A DNA stretch of 64,000 nt from Myxococcota bacterium (lineage in GTDB: Bacteria; Myxococcota_A; UBA9042; PHBI01; JAWLBL01), in NCBI GenBank assembly GCA_041687695.1, contig JAWLBL010000013.1, forward strand, positions 146,874 to 210,873, in the 5' to 3' direction. The notes below the pieces were generated by a model, which had not been told where the DNA came from, did not search any database, and was given only the letters and a program-made list of their open reading frames with translations. Below, piece after piece: positions 50,085 to 59,216 of this stretch; position 1 is the stretch's first letter; every line of letters starts with the position of its first letter. The position numbers and the translations under genes were made by a program.

Positions 50085-51260
50085 CGCGTCCGGCGGGGCG
50101 AAGACCGTGTCGGCGAAGGCCGCGAGGCCGCCGATGTCGTGCACGTCGCGGCGGAACAGCGGGACGTGCCACAGCCGGGCCGCGTCGGCGCCCAGGGCGG
50201 TCGACAGGGACGCGATGCGCGCCCGGTCGATGCGGGTGAGCGTCGCGTAGTCCATGCAGGCGGCGGTCAGGCGGTCGGCCAGGCGCGCGAGGAGATCGGG
50301 GTCCTCGTACCCCAGGGCCGGCGTGGTCGTCAGGGCCTGCCGCAGGCGGCCGTCCAGGGTCGCCTCGTCGACGTCGAGCGGCAGGAACGGCTCGCGGACC
50401 CGGTTGACGACGAAGGCGCCGAAGGGCATGGCCTCGCGCCGCAGCTGCGCGTGGAAGAACAGCCCCTCGTCCATGGCGACCAGGTCGGTCGAGGCGACCA
50501 CGACGAAGGCGACGTCGGGCGAGCGCAGGATCTCCTTGACCCTGGCCGCGCGGGCCTTGAAGCCGGCGTACATCTCGTGGAACGACTCGATGAACTCGAG
50601 CAGGTTCAGGAAGGTCTCGGCGCCGATGAAGCGGTTGAGGCCCTTGAGCAGCAGGCGGTTCATCTTGACGAAGCCGAGCCCGACGCGGCCGGCCGTGCGC
50701 GCGCCGGCCATCATCAGGCGCGACGAGGCCGAGTCCAGGAAGTCCTCGAGGCGGTCGGCGGCGTGCAGGAAGTCCAGCGCGTTGGGGGTGGGCGGCGTGT
50801 CGAGGACGATGAGGTCGTAGTCGCGCTGCTCGCGGACCTCGTACAGCTTCTCCATCGCCATGTACTCCTGGCTGCCGGCCAGGACGGTGGAGGTCTGCTT
50901 GTAGAAGGGGTTGGCCATGATGCGGCGCTTGGCCGCCTCGTTGGGCGCGTGGCGATCGATGAGCGCGTCGAAGGTGCTCTTGGTGTCGAGCATCATCGCC
51001 CACAGCTCGCCCGCGCCCAGGGCGACGCCGGCCTCGGCGAACAGCTCGGGGGCGACGCGCACCTCCTCGTTGCCCAGCTCGGCGAGGCCCAGCGAGGTCG
51101 CGAGGCGGCGGGCCGGGTCGACGGTCAGGACCAGCACCTTCTTGCCCATCCGGGCGGCCTGCACGGCGAAGGCGGCGGCCGTGGTCGTCTTCCCGACGCC
51201 GCCGGAGCCGACCACGATGAGGGTCCGCTTGTCGTCGACGAGGCGCGCGAGGCTCGGCAT
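50073..51260 (-). CDS. ArsA/GET3-family anion-transporting-type ATPase
   Basis: P-loop VVGSGGVGKTTTAAA, DTPPT switch region and ArsA-like helical insertions. 395 aa. Confidence 0.85.
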   Translation of the reverse strand: MPSLARLVDDKRTLIVVGSGGVGKTTTAAAFAVQAARMGKKVLVLTVDPARRLATSLGLAELGNEEVRVAPELFAEAGVALGAGELWAMMLDTKSTFDALIDRHAPNEAAKRRIMANPFYKQTSTVLAGSQEYMAMEKLYEVREQRDYDLIVLDTPPTPNALDFLHAADRLEDFLDSASSRLMMAGARTAGRVGLGFVKMNRLLLKGLNRFIGAETFLNLLEFIESFHEMYAGFKARAARVKEILRSPDVAFVVVASTDLVAMDEGLFFHAQLRREAMPFGAFVVNRVREPFLPLDVDEATLDGRLRQALTTTPALGYEDPDLLARLADRLTAACMDYATLTRIDRARIASLSTALGADAARLWHVPLFRRDVHDIGGLAAFADTVFAPPDASAA

Positions 51261-51324
51261 GGGCTCGACTTCCTTGCTGGGGGTCCCGGGGCCGAGGCGG
51301 CTGTAGCAATGCCTCGGCAGGCGG

Positions 51325-52143
51325 TCAAGCCGGTTCGGGCGCCGGCGCGTCGTCGGGGCGCGGCCGCTTGCCGAGGCGGGGGTAGCCCTCGAAGTGGACC
51401 TGGACCAGGGTCAGGCCGTGCGCGGGCGCGGTCACGCCGGCGGCGGCGCGCGCGCCGGCCGAGAGCAGGGCGTCCAGCGACTCGGGCGCGCGCTGGCCCC
51501 AGCCGACCTCGGCCAGGGTGCCGGCGATCACGCGGACCATGTTGTGCAGGAAGGCGTTGCCGGTGATGTCGAGGGCGAGCAGGCCGTCGGCGCCGAGCTC
51601 GGTGAGGTCGAGGCGGTACATGCGGCGCATCGTGGTCTTCGACACGCAGCTCGACGAGCGGAAGGCGGCGAAGTCGTGCTCGCCGACCAGGCGCTGGGCC
51701 GCGTCCCGCATGGCGCCCAGATCCAGGGCGCGGCGGCGCACCCACCAGGCGGTGCGCCGGTGCAAGGGCAGGGCGCACGGGCCCGTCTGGAACAGGTAGC
51801 GGTAGGTCTTGGCGACCGCCGCGTCGCGGGCGCGGAAGCCGGCGGGCACGTCGCGGGCCTCGACGACCGCCGCGTCGGGCGGCAGGTGGCCGTTGAGGCC
51901 GCGCAAGAAGCCCTCGGCCGGGATGGTCCGGTGCGTCTCGAAGTTCACCGGCATCGCGCGAGCGTGGACGCCGGCGTCGGTGCGCGAGCTGCCGTAGAGC
52001 GTCACGTCGTGGTGGACCATGGCGCGCACGGCCTCGCCCAGCACGCCCTGGACGGTGCGGAGGCCCGGCTGGTGCTGCCAGCCGGCGAAGTCCGTCCCGT
52101 CGTACTGGACGAGCAGCAGGACGTTGCGCGTCGGCTCGCTCAA
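51325..52143 (-). CDS. truA: tRNA pseudouridine(38-40) synthase
   Basis: VLLLVQYDGTDFAGWQ, RTDAGVHA (catalytic Asp) and GNAFLHNMVR motifs. Probable TTG start at 52143 overlapping the upstream stop (TTGA). Confidence 0.8.
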   Translation of the reverse strand: MSEPTRNVLLLVQYDGTDFAGWQHQPGLRTVQGVLGEAVRAMVHHDVTLYGSSRTDAGVHARAMPVNFETHRTIPAEGFLRGLNGHLPPDAAVVEARDVPAGFRARDAAVAKTYRYLFQTGPCALPLHRRTAWWVRRRALDLGAMRDAAQRLVGEHDFAAFRSSSCVSKTTMRRMYRLDLTELGADGLLALDITGNAFLHNMVRVIAGTLAEVGWGQRAPESLDALLSAGARAAAGVTAPAHGLTLVQVHFEGYPRLGKRPRPDDAPAPEPA

Positions 52144-52874
52144 AACTCGAACATGAGCCCGAAGGACAGGGTGTCGTCGCCCAGGTTCCAGCTGTCGTCC
52201 GAGCCGAAGTCGTCGACCCGGTTGATGCTGTACTCGGCGAAGAGGTAGCTGTTGTTCACGCCCGCCTCCTCGTCGAACTCGGTGGCCATGAAGGGCGCGA
52301 AGAAGTCGAGCAGCAGCTGCAGGCCCGCCCCGACGTGCCAGCCCATCGTGCCGCCCTGGCCGGCCCGGGCGACGCCCTCGGGGTCGCGGGTGTTGGCGAT
52401 GTCGTCCTGGGCGTTGGTCACCCACCAGAGGGTGTAGTTCAGACCCGCCTTGAGGTACGGCACCAGCGGGACGCCGTGGTACACCGCGCCCCAGTCGAAG
52501 CGATAGGTGGCGGTCAGCTTGAGCGGCAGCAGGTTGAGCGAGGTCTCGTCGTCGGTCTCGAGGTCCTGGTCCGACAGGGCCTGCCCGTCGACCCAGCCGT
52601 AACCCAGGCTGCCGCCGATGGCGAAGCTGCCGATGCCCTGGTAGATCTGGCGGTCGAGGTGCGCCGTGAACAGCAGGACGCTGTCGCTGCCAAAGATGTC
52701 GTTGTAGGGCGTCGGGCCCGAGAACTCGGTGTCGATGTCGGGCTCGTAGCTGCCGACGTGGAGCTCGAGCATCATCGAGCGCGGCGACTGCGCGTGGGCG
52801 GCGGTCGGGGCGACGGCGACGGCGAGCGCCAGGGCGAGCCCGGCGCGGAGGGGCGGGACCAGGCGGAGCGTCAT
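52140..52874 (-). CDS. small outer-membrane beta-barrel protein (OmpA-like/OmpW-like 8-strand type)
   Basis: 244 aa. Signal MTLRLVPPLRAGLALALAVAVAPTAAHAQS. Alternating amphipathic beta-strands with aromatic girdles, and C-terminal ...SFGLMFEF ending in Phe (a BAM recognition signature). ATG overlaps the upstream stop (ATGA). Confidence 0.7.
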   Translation of the reverse strand: MTLRLVPPLRAGLALALAVAVAPTAAHAQSPRSMMLELHVGSYEPDIDTEFSGPTPYNDIFGSDSVLLFTAHLDRQIYQGIGSFAIGGSLGYGWVDGQALSDQDLETDDETSLNLLPLKLTATYRFDWGAVYHGVPLVPYLKAGLNYTLWWVTNAQDDIANTRDPEGVARAGQGGTMGWHVGAGLQLLLDFFAPFMATEFDEEAGVNNSYLFAEYSINRVDDFGSDDSWNLGDDTLSFGLMFEF

Positions 52875-54118
52875 CGGGCCACCTCGGACAGGGACAGCGG
52901 GGCAGGGCCGAAGGCGCCGCGGACCGCGCGCTGGCGGGCGCGGCGGAACAGGAGCGCGGCCAGGGCCAGGGCGAGCAGGACGCAGGGCAGGCCGAAGCGG
53001 GTGGCCAGATCCGCGAACCAGACCAGCGGGACGAGCGCCACGCGGACGGCGCCGCGCAGGACGGGGCGCTCGGCGATGAAGGCCGCGGCGTAGCGGCCCC
53101 AGGTGTAGTAGGTGTCGACGAAGGCGCGGCCGACGCCCGTGGTCATCAGGACCGAGTCGCGGAAGCGCCGCAGCGGCTGCAGCTGACCGGCCATGGGGGT
53201 GCCGTAGGCGGCCGTCGCGATGAAGCAGAAGCCGCCGGTCTCCTGGCCGCCGCTCTCCTGGTAGTGCTCCCAGAAGTCGGTGGTCGGGACGGGCGTGCCC
53301 TCCTCGAGGTTCGACAGGGGGCTGCGGTTGTCCGCGTCGTCGACGGCGACCACCGCGACGAAGTAGGTGACGTCGTTCTCTAGGCCGGCGTCGTCGATGG
53401 CGAAGCTGGTCGCCGTCAGGCCCGAGCGGCTGCGCACCGTGCCCAGGTCGTCCTCGCCGAAGGGCGCCTCGGACCAGTAGACCGTGTAGGTGACCTCGCT
53501 GCTCTCGTTGATCTCGTCGGACCAGTCGACGTTCAGGCGCTGGTCGCCCGGCGTGATGCTGGTGATCTCGGGCGCCTCGGGTGGGTCGAGATCGATCTCG
53601 ATGTCGATGACCTCCTCCTGGGTCGCGGCGCCGGAGACCGCGAGGTAGATGTAGACGCGCGAGGTGGCCTCGATCTCGGTGTCGCAGTCGGTGCCGACGA
53701 GCTTGGACAGCTCGACGTCGAACTCGATCTCGGTCGAGGTCAGGTCGACGTCGGTGGCGACCACGAAGCAGTCCTCCTCGGACACCGGCGCCGTGTTGGT
53801 GGCGGTGCAGGTCCCGCCGGGGCTCGTGTAGGCGACGCCGTACTGGGCCGGGAGGACGGCCGTCGGCGCCGTGCTCAGCAGCCGCGCCTGAAAGCGCGCC
53901 CGTCCGCCCTGGTAGCGCTCGCAGTCCTCGATGTTCACCAGGTGCTCTTGCTCGCCCACGGTGAGCCCGAACCGGTCGCTCAACGTCAGCCCGCTCACGC
54001 CCCGGATGCTTTGGAGCTGGAAGTTCGTGATGTCCGCCAGCGCCTGCGGGGCGGCGCCCCAGGCGAGCCAGCCCGTGAGGGCGAGGGTCAGGAGCCTCCT
54101 GAGGGTGGGTCCGGTCAT
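52871..54118 (-). CDS. secreted protein with Ig/FN3-like beta-domains and a C-terminal GGFCFIATAAYGT motif followed by a hydrophobic anchor
   Basis: 415 aa. Signal MTGPTLRRLLTLALTGWLAWGAAPQALA. Acidic beta-rich central region. C-terminal GGFCFIATAAYGTPMAGQLQPLRRFRD...VRVALVPLVWFADLA...LLALALAALLFRRARQR is a conserved-looking sorting or anchor module. Confidence 0.7.
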   Translation of the reverse strand: MTGPTLRRLLTLALTGWLAWGAAPQALADITNFQLQSIRGVSGLTLSDRFGLTVGEQEHLVNIEDCERYQGGRARFQARLLSTAPTAVLPAQYGVAYTSPGGTCTATNTAPVSEEDCFVVATDVDLTSTEIEFDVELSKLVGTDCDTEIEATSRVYIYLAVSGAATQEEVIDIEIDLDPPEAPEITSITPGDQRLNVDWSDEINESSEVTYTVYWSEAPFGEDDLGTVRSRSGLTATSFAIDDAGLENDVTYFVAVVAVDDADNRSPLSNLEEGTPVPTTDFWEHYQESGGQETGGFCFIATAAYGTPMAGQLQPLRRFRDSVLMTTGVGRAFVDTYYTWGRYAAAFIAERPVLRGAVRVALVPLVWFADLATRFGLPCVLLALALAALLFRRARQRAVRGAFGPAPLSLSEVAR

Positions 54119-54331
54119 GGCGTGGTCGTTCCTCGGGCGTCGTCGCGGGATCGTGGAGGTCGGTGGCCTCGCGGCATCGCAGCAAGCGGCGTGCCAGCGT
54201 GTAGGCTCAATGGATTCAATGGGTTGGGTGCGTCGTCCCGGGGAGTGCGGTGCCATTCTGGCACGGCGGCGGCGGGGCGGCGAACAAACGTGACAATCTG
54301 GCACGCCGCGGGCGGCGGCGCGCCCCGTGGG

Positions 54332-55330
54332 CTACCAGAGGTCTCGCTTGATGACGTCGTCGAGCAGGGTGGCGACGGCGCTGGCGGTGCGGTGCAGGCC
54401 GTCGGCGCAGGCGAAAAAGCGCAGCACGCCGTCGGAGTCACGGCGGAGCTGGCCGATGGACACCTCGTCGAGATCGAGGCTGTCGCGGACGGCCGGGCCT
54501 TCCTCGACCCGCAGGATCTCGGCGCGGGCGTCCAGAGCGGCGACGACCTGCTCGAGGGGCGGGCCTTCGCCGTCGAAGCGGGCGGTGACGACCAGGCCGA
54601 TGCCCGCGAAGAGCGGCACCTGGACCGAGGCGACGCGCAGGTCGACGCCCGCGACGGCGGGGACGAGGCGCGGCAGCTCCATCAGCAGCTCTTGCTCGAT
54701 GGGGTCTTCGCCGTGGCTGGCGCGGCTGGAGCCGGGCAGGACGTTGAAGGCCAGCACGCCGCCGAACGGGCCGGGGTCGGGGATGCCGAACTGCAGGAGG
54801 GCGACCGTCTGGCGCGACAGGGCCTGCTCGCCCTCGCGGCCCGCGTCGGTGGCCGACAGGAGGGCGACCACGTCGAGGCCGGTGAGATCGCCCAAGGTCG
54901 ACAGGGTCTGGACGATGGGCGCCAGGGTGGCGGCGGCCGCGCAGGGGATGGCGAGGCTGCCGGAGTGCTCCTCGGCGGCCTCTCGGTTGAGGGTCGGCCA
55001 GATGAGCGGGACGGCCGGATCGCGGCGCCCGTAGGCGGACAGGTCGATGACCAGGACCCCGGCGGCGACCAGCTCGGCGTGGATGCGCTCGGCGGGCTCG
55101 GCGGGGATGGCCAGGATGGCGACGTCCAGCGCGTCCTTGTCCACCTCGGCCGGGCTGACCACCGACACCGCGCGGCCGCGGAAGCGGACCTCGGCGCCGG
55201 CGGAGCGGGCCCCCGACACGGCGACGAAGTGGTGGACGGGCAGCCCCTCGCCCTCGAGGGCCACCAGCACCTGCGTCCCGAGCGCGCCCGTGGCGCCGTA
55301 CACCGCGAGCGCGATCGTGTCCTCGGCCAT
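54332..55330 (-). CDS. asd: aspartate-semialdehyde dehydrogenase family (Asd/USG-1-like)
   Basis: Rossmann N-terminus LAVYGATGALG, VIDLSAYGRRDPAVPLIWPTLN, and active-site Cys in SLAIPCAAAATL. ATG at 55330. Confidence 0.75.
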   Translation of the reverse strand: MAEDTIALAVYGATGALGTQVLVALEGEGLPVHHFVAVSGARSAGAEVRFRGRAVSVVSPAEVDKDALDVAILAIPAEPAERIHAELVAAGVLVIDLSAYGRRDPAVPLIWPTLNREAAEEHSGSLAIPCAAAATLAPIVQTLSTLGDLTGLDVVALLSATDAGREGEQALSRQTVALLQFGIPDPGPFGGVLAFNVLPGSSRASHGEDPIEQELLMELPRLVPAVAGVDLRVASVQVPLFAGIGLVVTARFDGEGPPLEQVVAALDARAEILRVEEGPAVRDSLDLDEVSIGQLRRDSDGVLRFFACADGLHRTASAVATLLDDVIKRDLW

Positions 55331-55492
55331 GCTTACCTCCAGGGCCCCGACCTGGGCGTCGGCGCACGCCGGCCGCGCCTCGGGGACGTTTGGAGCCGCG
55401 GACGCTACCAGGGAAGGCGCCGCCATGCTACATTGGTTCGCGTTGCTCTAAGGCGCTGGCCCGGCCCGACGCGGCGGCGATCGAGGAGGTGC

Positions 55493-56521
55493 ATGAAGGC
55501 GCTGCTCTCACGGTTCCACGCGCTGCTGGCCAGGACGGCGCTGCGGTTCGCGCCGGACAGCCTGCCCGCGCACCTGCGTCTGGGGCAGGCCCTGCACGAT
55601 CTGGGGCGCATGGCCGAGGCGCACGCCACGCTGGCGGCGGCGGTCGACCTGCACCCGGGCGACGCGCGCGGCCACTTCGCGCTGGGGACCACGTTGGCCG
55701 CCCTGGGCTGCCTGCCCGAGGCGCGCATCGCCTTCGCGCGCGCCCGCCGCCTGGACCCGACCAACCCCGAGATCGCCTTCGCGCTGGGCAACATCTACTT
55801 CGAGTGCGCCGAGATCGAGCTGGCCGTGCGCGCCTACGAGGCGGCGATCCGGCTGCGCCCCGACTACGCCCGCGCCTACTTCAACCTGGGGCACGCCTTC
55901 AAGGAAAAGGGCCTGCTGCGCCAGGCGGCCCAGGCCTTCCGCCGGGCGCTGGCGGTCGAGCCGCGCTTTTACAAGGCGCGCTTCATGCTGGCCTACGTCT
56001 ACGCCCTGATGGATCTGAACGACGAGGCCATCGAGCAGTATCGCCTGACCATCCACGCCTCGCCGACCTACGTGAAGGCGCACTACAACCTGGGCAACTG
56101 CTACCTGAAGAAGGGCCAGGTCGCCGAGGCGCTCGAGGCCTACTACACCATCCTCGAGCTCGAGCCGCGCCACGCGCGCGCCCACTTCGCCATCGGGCAG
56201 GCCCTGGTGCGGCGCGGCCGGCTGGCCGAGGCGCTGCTGAGCTTCCAGGAGGCGCTGGGCTGCAAGTCCGAGTTCCCCGAGTGCCATCTGGCCTACGCGC
56301 GGGCCCTCGAGGCGGTCGGCCGCGTGCGCGAGGCCATCCACCACTACCTGGCCTACGTGAACGATCCGGGGGCCCACGAGCAGCGCGCCGAGGTCGAAGC
56401 GCACATCGCGGCCTTGCAACAGTCCCACCCGCGGCGCGAGAGTACCGCCGAGGTGCGAGCCTATCGAGAGACGACCGCGGAGCTGAGGGCCTACCGCGAG
56501 CCGACGCAGACGCGAGGGTAG
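55493..56521 (+). CDS. TPR-repeat protein (cytoplasmic)
   Basis: About 342 aa with 7-8 canonical 34-aa TPRs (AHF/AYFNLG...A...Y..A......P). ATG at 55493 after GAGGAGG. This is the 3' part of a mixed-frame 859-aa ORF. Confidence 0.75.
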   Translation: MKALLSRFHALLARTALRFAPDSLPAHLRLGQALHDLGRMAEAHATLAAAVDLHPGDARGHFALGTTLAALGCLPEARIAFARARRLDPTNPEIAFALGNIYFECAEIELAVRAYEAAIRLRPDYARAYFNLGHAFKEKGLLRQAAQAFRRALAVEPRFYKARFMLAYVYALMDLNDEAIEQYRLTIHASPTYVKAHYNLGNCYLKKGQVAEALEAYYTILELEPRHARAHFAIGQALVRRGRLAEALLSFQEALGCKSEFPECHLAYARALEAVGRVREAIHHYLAYVNDPGAHEQRAEVEAHIAALQQSHPRRESTAEVRAYRETTAELRAYREPTQTRG

Positions 56522-56555
56522 CTTGTCGGTCAGGTTGCTGGACGGAGAGCGAGGG

Positions 56556-57266
56556 ATGGCGGAGGCGGAGCTGGAGGTGCGCGGCGGGCGGCCGGGCGCC
56601 TCGCCGGACGCGCGTGGGGGCTCGGAGTCGCCATCGGCCTCGGACGCGCGACGCTCGATGGTGGTGGGCATCGCGGGCGGGACGGGTTCGGGCAAGAGCA
56701 CGCTGGCCCGGCGCCTGGCGCGCGCCCTGGGGCCCGAGCGCTGCGCGATGGTCTCGCAGGACAACTACTACCGCGATCTGTCGGATCTCAGCTTCGAGGC
56801 GCGATCGCACGTCAACTTCGATCACCCCGACAGCATCGAGGCGGATCTCCTGGCGGCCGATCTGGTCGCCCTGCGCCAGGGGCGCACCGTGCACACGCCG
56901 CGCTACGACTTCAGCCGGCACGCGCGCATGAGCGGCGGCAGCGAGGTGCAGCCGCGGCCGATCGTGCTGGTCGAGGGCATCCTGGTGTTCGTGTGGCCCG
57001 AGGTCGCCGAGCTGTGCGACATCAAGATCTTCGTCGACACGGCCGACGACGTGCGCCTGGCGCGGCGCATGCGGCGCGACATCGCCGATCGCGGGCGCGA
57101 CGTCGACAGCGTGCTCAACCAGTACCAGTCGACCGTGCGGCCGATGCACGAGCGGTTCGTCGCGCCGACGCGCCAGATCGCCGACCTGGTCGTGCCGGGG
57201 CACGGCGACAACCAGGTGGTGGTCAAGCTGCTGGCGCGCGCGCTGCAGGACGGGTTGCCGGACTGA
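56556..57266 (+). CDS. udk: uridine kinase
   Basis: P-loop VGIAGGTGSGKST, with YRDL...FDHPDS and LVEGI motifs. ATG at 56556 is preferred over the TTG at 56523. Confidence 0.9.
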   Translation: MAEAELEVRGGRPGASPDARGGSESPSASDARRSMVVGIAGGTGSGKSTLARRLARALGPERCAMVSQDNYYRDLSDLSFEARSHVNFDHPDSIEADLLAADLVALRQGRTVHTPRYDFSRHARMSGGSEVQPRPIVLVEGILVFVWPEVAELCDIKIFVDTADDVRLARRMRRDIADRGRDVDSVLNQYQSTVRPMHERFVAPTRQIADLVVPGHGDNQVVVKLLARALQDGLPD

Positions 57267-57285
57267 CGCGGGCGCCCGCGGCGGA

Positions 57286-58272
57286 TCAGCGCGCGGCCTC
57301 GGCCAGGAGCAGGCTGGACGGACGCGAGGCCATGTCGCGTCGGGCGCCGGCCGTCTCGATGAGGGCGACCACCTCGGTGCCGATCCCCGGCCTCATGCGC
57401 AGCGCCAGGTGATCGACCATCTGGTAGACGCGGGTCAGGCCCAGGCCGGCGCCGCCCTGCTTGGTGTCGATCTGGTCGGGGCCGCCGCGTAGCCCCTTGG
57501 AGACGAAGCGGCGCGCCGTGACGGCCACCAGGCTGCCGTAGGGGTCGCGGACGGCGACGGCGGCTTGCTGGTCGTCGGCGGCCATGGTCAAGACGGCCGC
57601 GCCGCGCGCCGGCAGCTCGACGCGCTGGCGGCGGTCGAGCGAGGCGAACAGGGGCTTGCCGTTGGCGTCGACCGGGGCGTCGTAGACGGCGTTGGTCACC
57701 AGCTCTTCGGCGGCGTCCTGCAGCAGCGAGACGAGGCGGCGACGCAGGCCGCGCTGCCCGAAGAAGTCGGCGACCACGTCCAGCGCGCCGTCGCGGTCGT
57801 CGCTGCCGCGCAGCGGGACCTCGCAGGTGGCGGCGCCCGGGGCCATCAGGCCGTCCCAGCCGAACGACGGGCCGGCGAGGCGGCAGCGCAGGGCGTGGCG
57901 CAGCTCGCGGTCGCTGGCGAAGTGGTCGCGCGGGACGATGGCGAGGGTCGTGGGCAGGCCGATCAGGGCGGCGAGGCGGTCGTGCTCGCAGGGGCCGCAC
58001 AAGAAGATCACCGGCGCGCCGGCGAGGCGGCCGACGACCGCCTCGAGCGCCTGCGTCGGGCGCGCGCCCAGCAGCTCGGGGTCGATGACCGCGACCGAGA
58101 GCGGCCCCGCGGGGAAGGTCGTCGGGTCGACCGCGGCCACCGGGTCCAGGCCGGCCTCTCTCAGGACGCCGGCGACCCGCGGCTCGTCGAGCGTGCCGAC
58201 GAAGACCAGCGCGCGTCGGGTCACCCCGGCGGGGGCGGCGTTCAGCTTGGCGGTCCCGGCGGGGGTCGGCAT
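57286..58272 (-). CDS. receiver-like domain fused to a GHKL (HATPase_c) ATPase, RsbW/SpoIIAB-like serine-kinase candidate
   Basis: C-terminal AEELVTNAVYDAP...GGAGLGLTRVYQMVDHL (N-box and G-box of GHKL) with no HisKA/DHp region. N-terminal roughly 170-aa CheY-like fold (ALVFVGT...VAVIDPEL...VIFLCG). Last gene of the STAS/PP2C operon. Confidence 0.7.
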   Translation of the reverse strand: MPTPAGTAKLNAAPAGVTRRALVFVGTLDEPRVAGVLREAGLDPVAAVDPTTFPAGPLSVAVIDPELLGARPTQALEAVVGRLAGAPVIFLCGPCEHDRLAALIGLPTTLAIVPRDHFASDRELRHALRCRLAGPSFGWDGLMAPGAATCEVPLRGSDDRDGALDVVADFFGQRGLRRRLVSLLQDAAEELVTNAVYDAPVDANGKPLFASLDRRQRVELPARGAAVLTMAADDQQAAVAVRDPYGSLVAVTARRFVSKGLRGGPDQIDTKQGGAGLGLTRVYQMVDHLALRMRPGIGTEVVALIETAGARRDMASRPSSLLLAEAAR

Positions 58273-58277
58273 CGGGG

Positions 58278-59216
58278 CTACTCCGGTAGGGTCGGGACGA
58301 TCGCGGCCTGGCCCACCGACGGCCGGGGCAGCTGGCCCGTGGCCTCGAGGCGGGCGCGCGGGGGTTTGACGTCGGCGGCGCTCGCCGGGACGACGATGGG
58401 GCGGGCCCGCTCGACCAGCGGGGCGCTCTGCATGGCGCGGGCCGCGGCGGCGAAGGCCTTGCCCGTGCCGGCGCGCCAGCCGGCGATGCCGCCGCCCTTG
58501 CCGGCGCCGCCGAGCAGGGCCTGGGTGACGGCGTCCTTGATGGGAGCGGACAGGGCAGCGCCCTGGGGCGCCACGACGACGGCCAGCGGGATGCGGCCGC
58601 CCTGTCCGACGAGGCGCAGGCCCGCGGCGGCCGGATGGTCCAGCGGGGCGAAGGCGGCCGGGGTCACCTGCGCCTTGACGGCGCCCAGGGCCGCCTCGGC
58701 GTCCTTGGCGGGCCGGACCTCGGCGAAGAAGCCCTGGCCCGACACCTCGCCGGCCAGGGCCGCGTTGATGAAGTAGCGGGCGTTGTCGGCCCCGACCTCG
58801 GGGACGCTGAGCACCTTGCCGCGCAGGCTCATGAGGTTCGCCACGTCGGGCGCGGCGTACAGGGCGGCGAGGGGGCCCTCTTCGCCCCGGCCGTCGACGG
58901 CGTGGGCCAGGATGACGCCCGTCCGGCCGACCTGGAACAGTCCGTCGGTCACAAGCACGTCGACCTTGCCGGCGGCCAGGAAGCTGAGCAGGTCGGCGCG
59001 CTTGGCGAAGGCGCGGGCCTCGAAGGTCAGCTGGCCCCCGGCGGCCTGGCTCATCGCTCTGGCCAGGGCGTCGGCGTAGGCGCTGCGCTCGGTGTTCGAG
59101 GCGAAAGAGGCCTGCGGCAGGTAGACGCCGACGCTGACCGTCTGGGCGGCCGCGAGGCCCGGCGCCAGCAGCGTCAGGGCGAGCAGGACGACGGCGAGCA
59201 GGCGACGCGAGCGCAT
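58278..59216 (-). CDS. periplasmic binding-protein-like protein (PhnD/SsuA-type fold candidate)
   Basis: 312 aa. Signal MRSRRLLAVVLLALTLLAPGLAAAQT. Alternating beta-alpha pattern of a type-II PBP. Its ATG shares one nt with the upstream TGA (TGATG). Confidence 0.6.
   Translation of the reverse strand: MRSRRLLAVVLLALTLLAPGLAAAQTVSVGVYLPQASFASNTERSAYADALARAMSQAAGGQLTFEARAFAKRADLLSFLAAGKVDVLVTDGLFQVGRTGVILAHAVDGRGEEGPLAALYAAPDVANLMSLRGKVLSVPEVGADNARYFINAALAGEVSGQGFFAEVRPAKDAEAALGAVKAQVTPAAFAPLDHPAAAGLRLVGQGGRIPLAVVVAPQGAALSAPIKDAVTQALLGGAGKGGGIAGWRAGTGKAFAAAARAMQSAPLVERARPIVVPASAADVKPPRARLEATGQLPRPSVGQAAIVPTLPE

Noticed and set aside
53942-56521. 859-aa plus-strand ORF
   Set aside because: Only the 3' part from the ATG at 55493 (with a GAGGAGG RBS) encodes a coherent TPR protein. 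The 5' 1.5 kb is antisense to asd and to the secreted CFI-motif protein.
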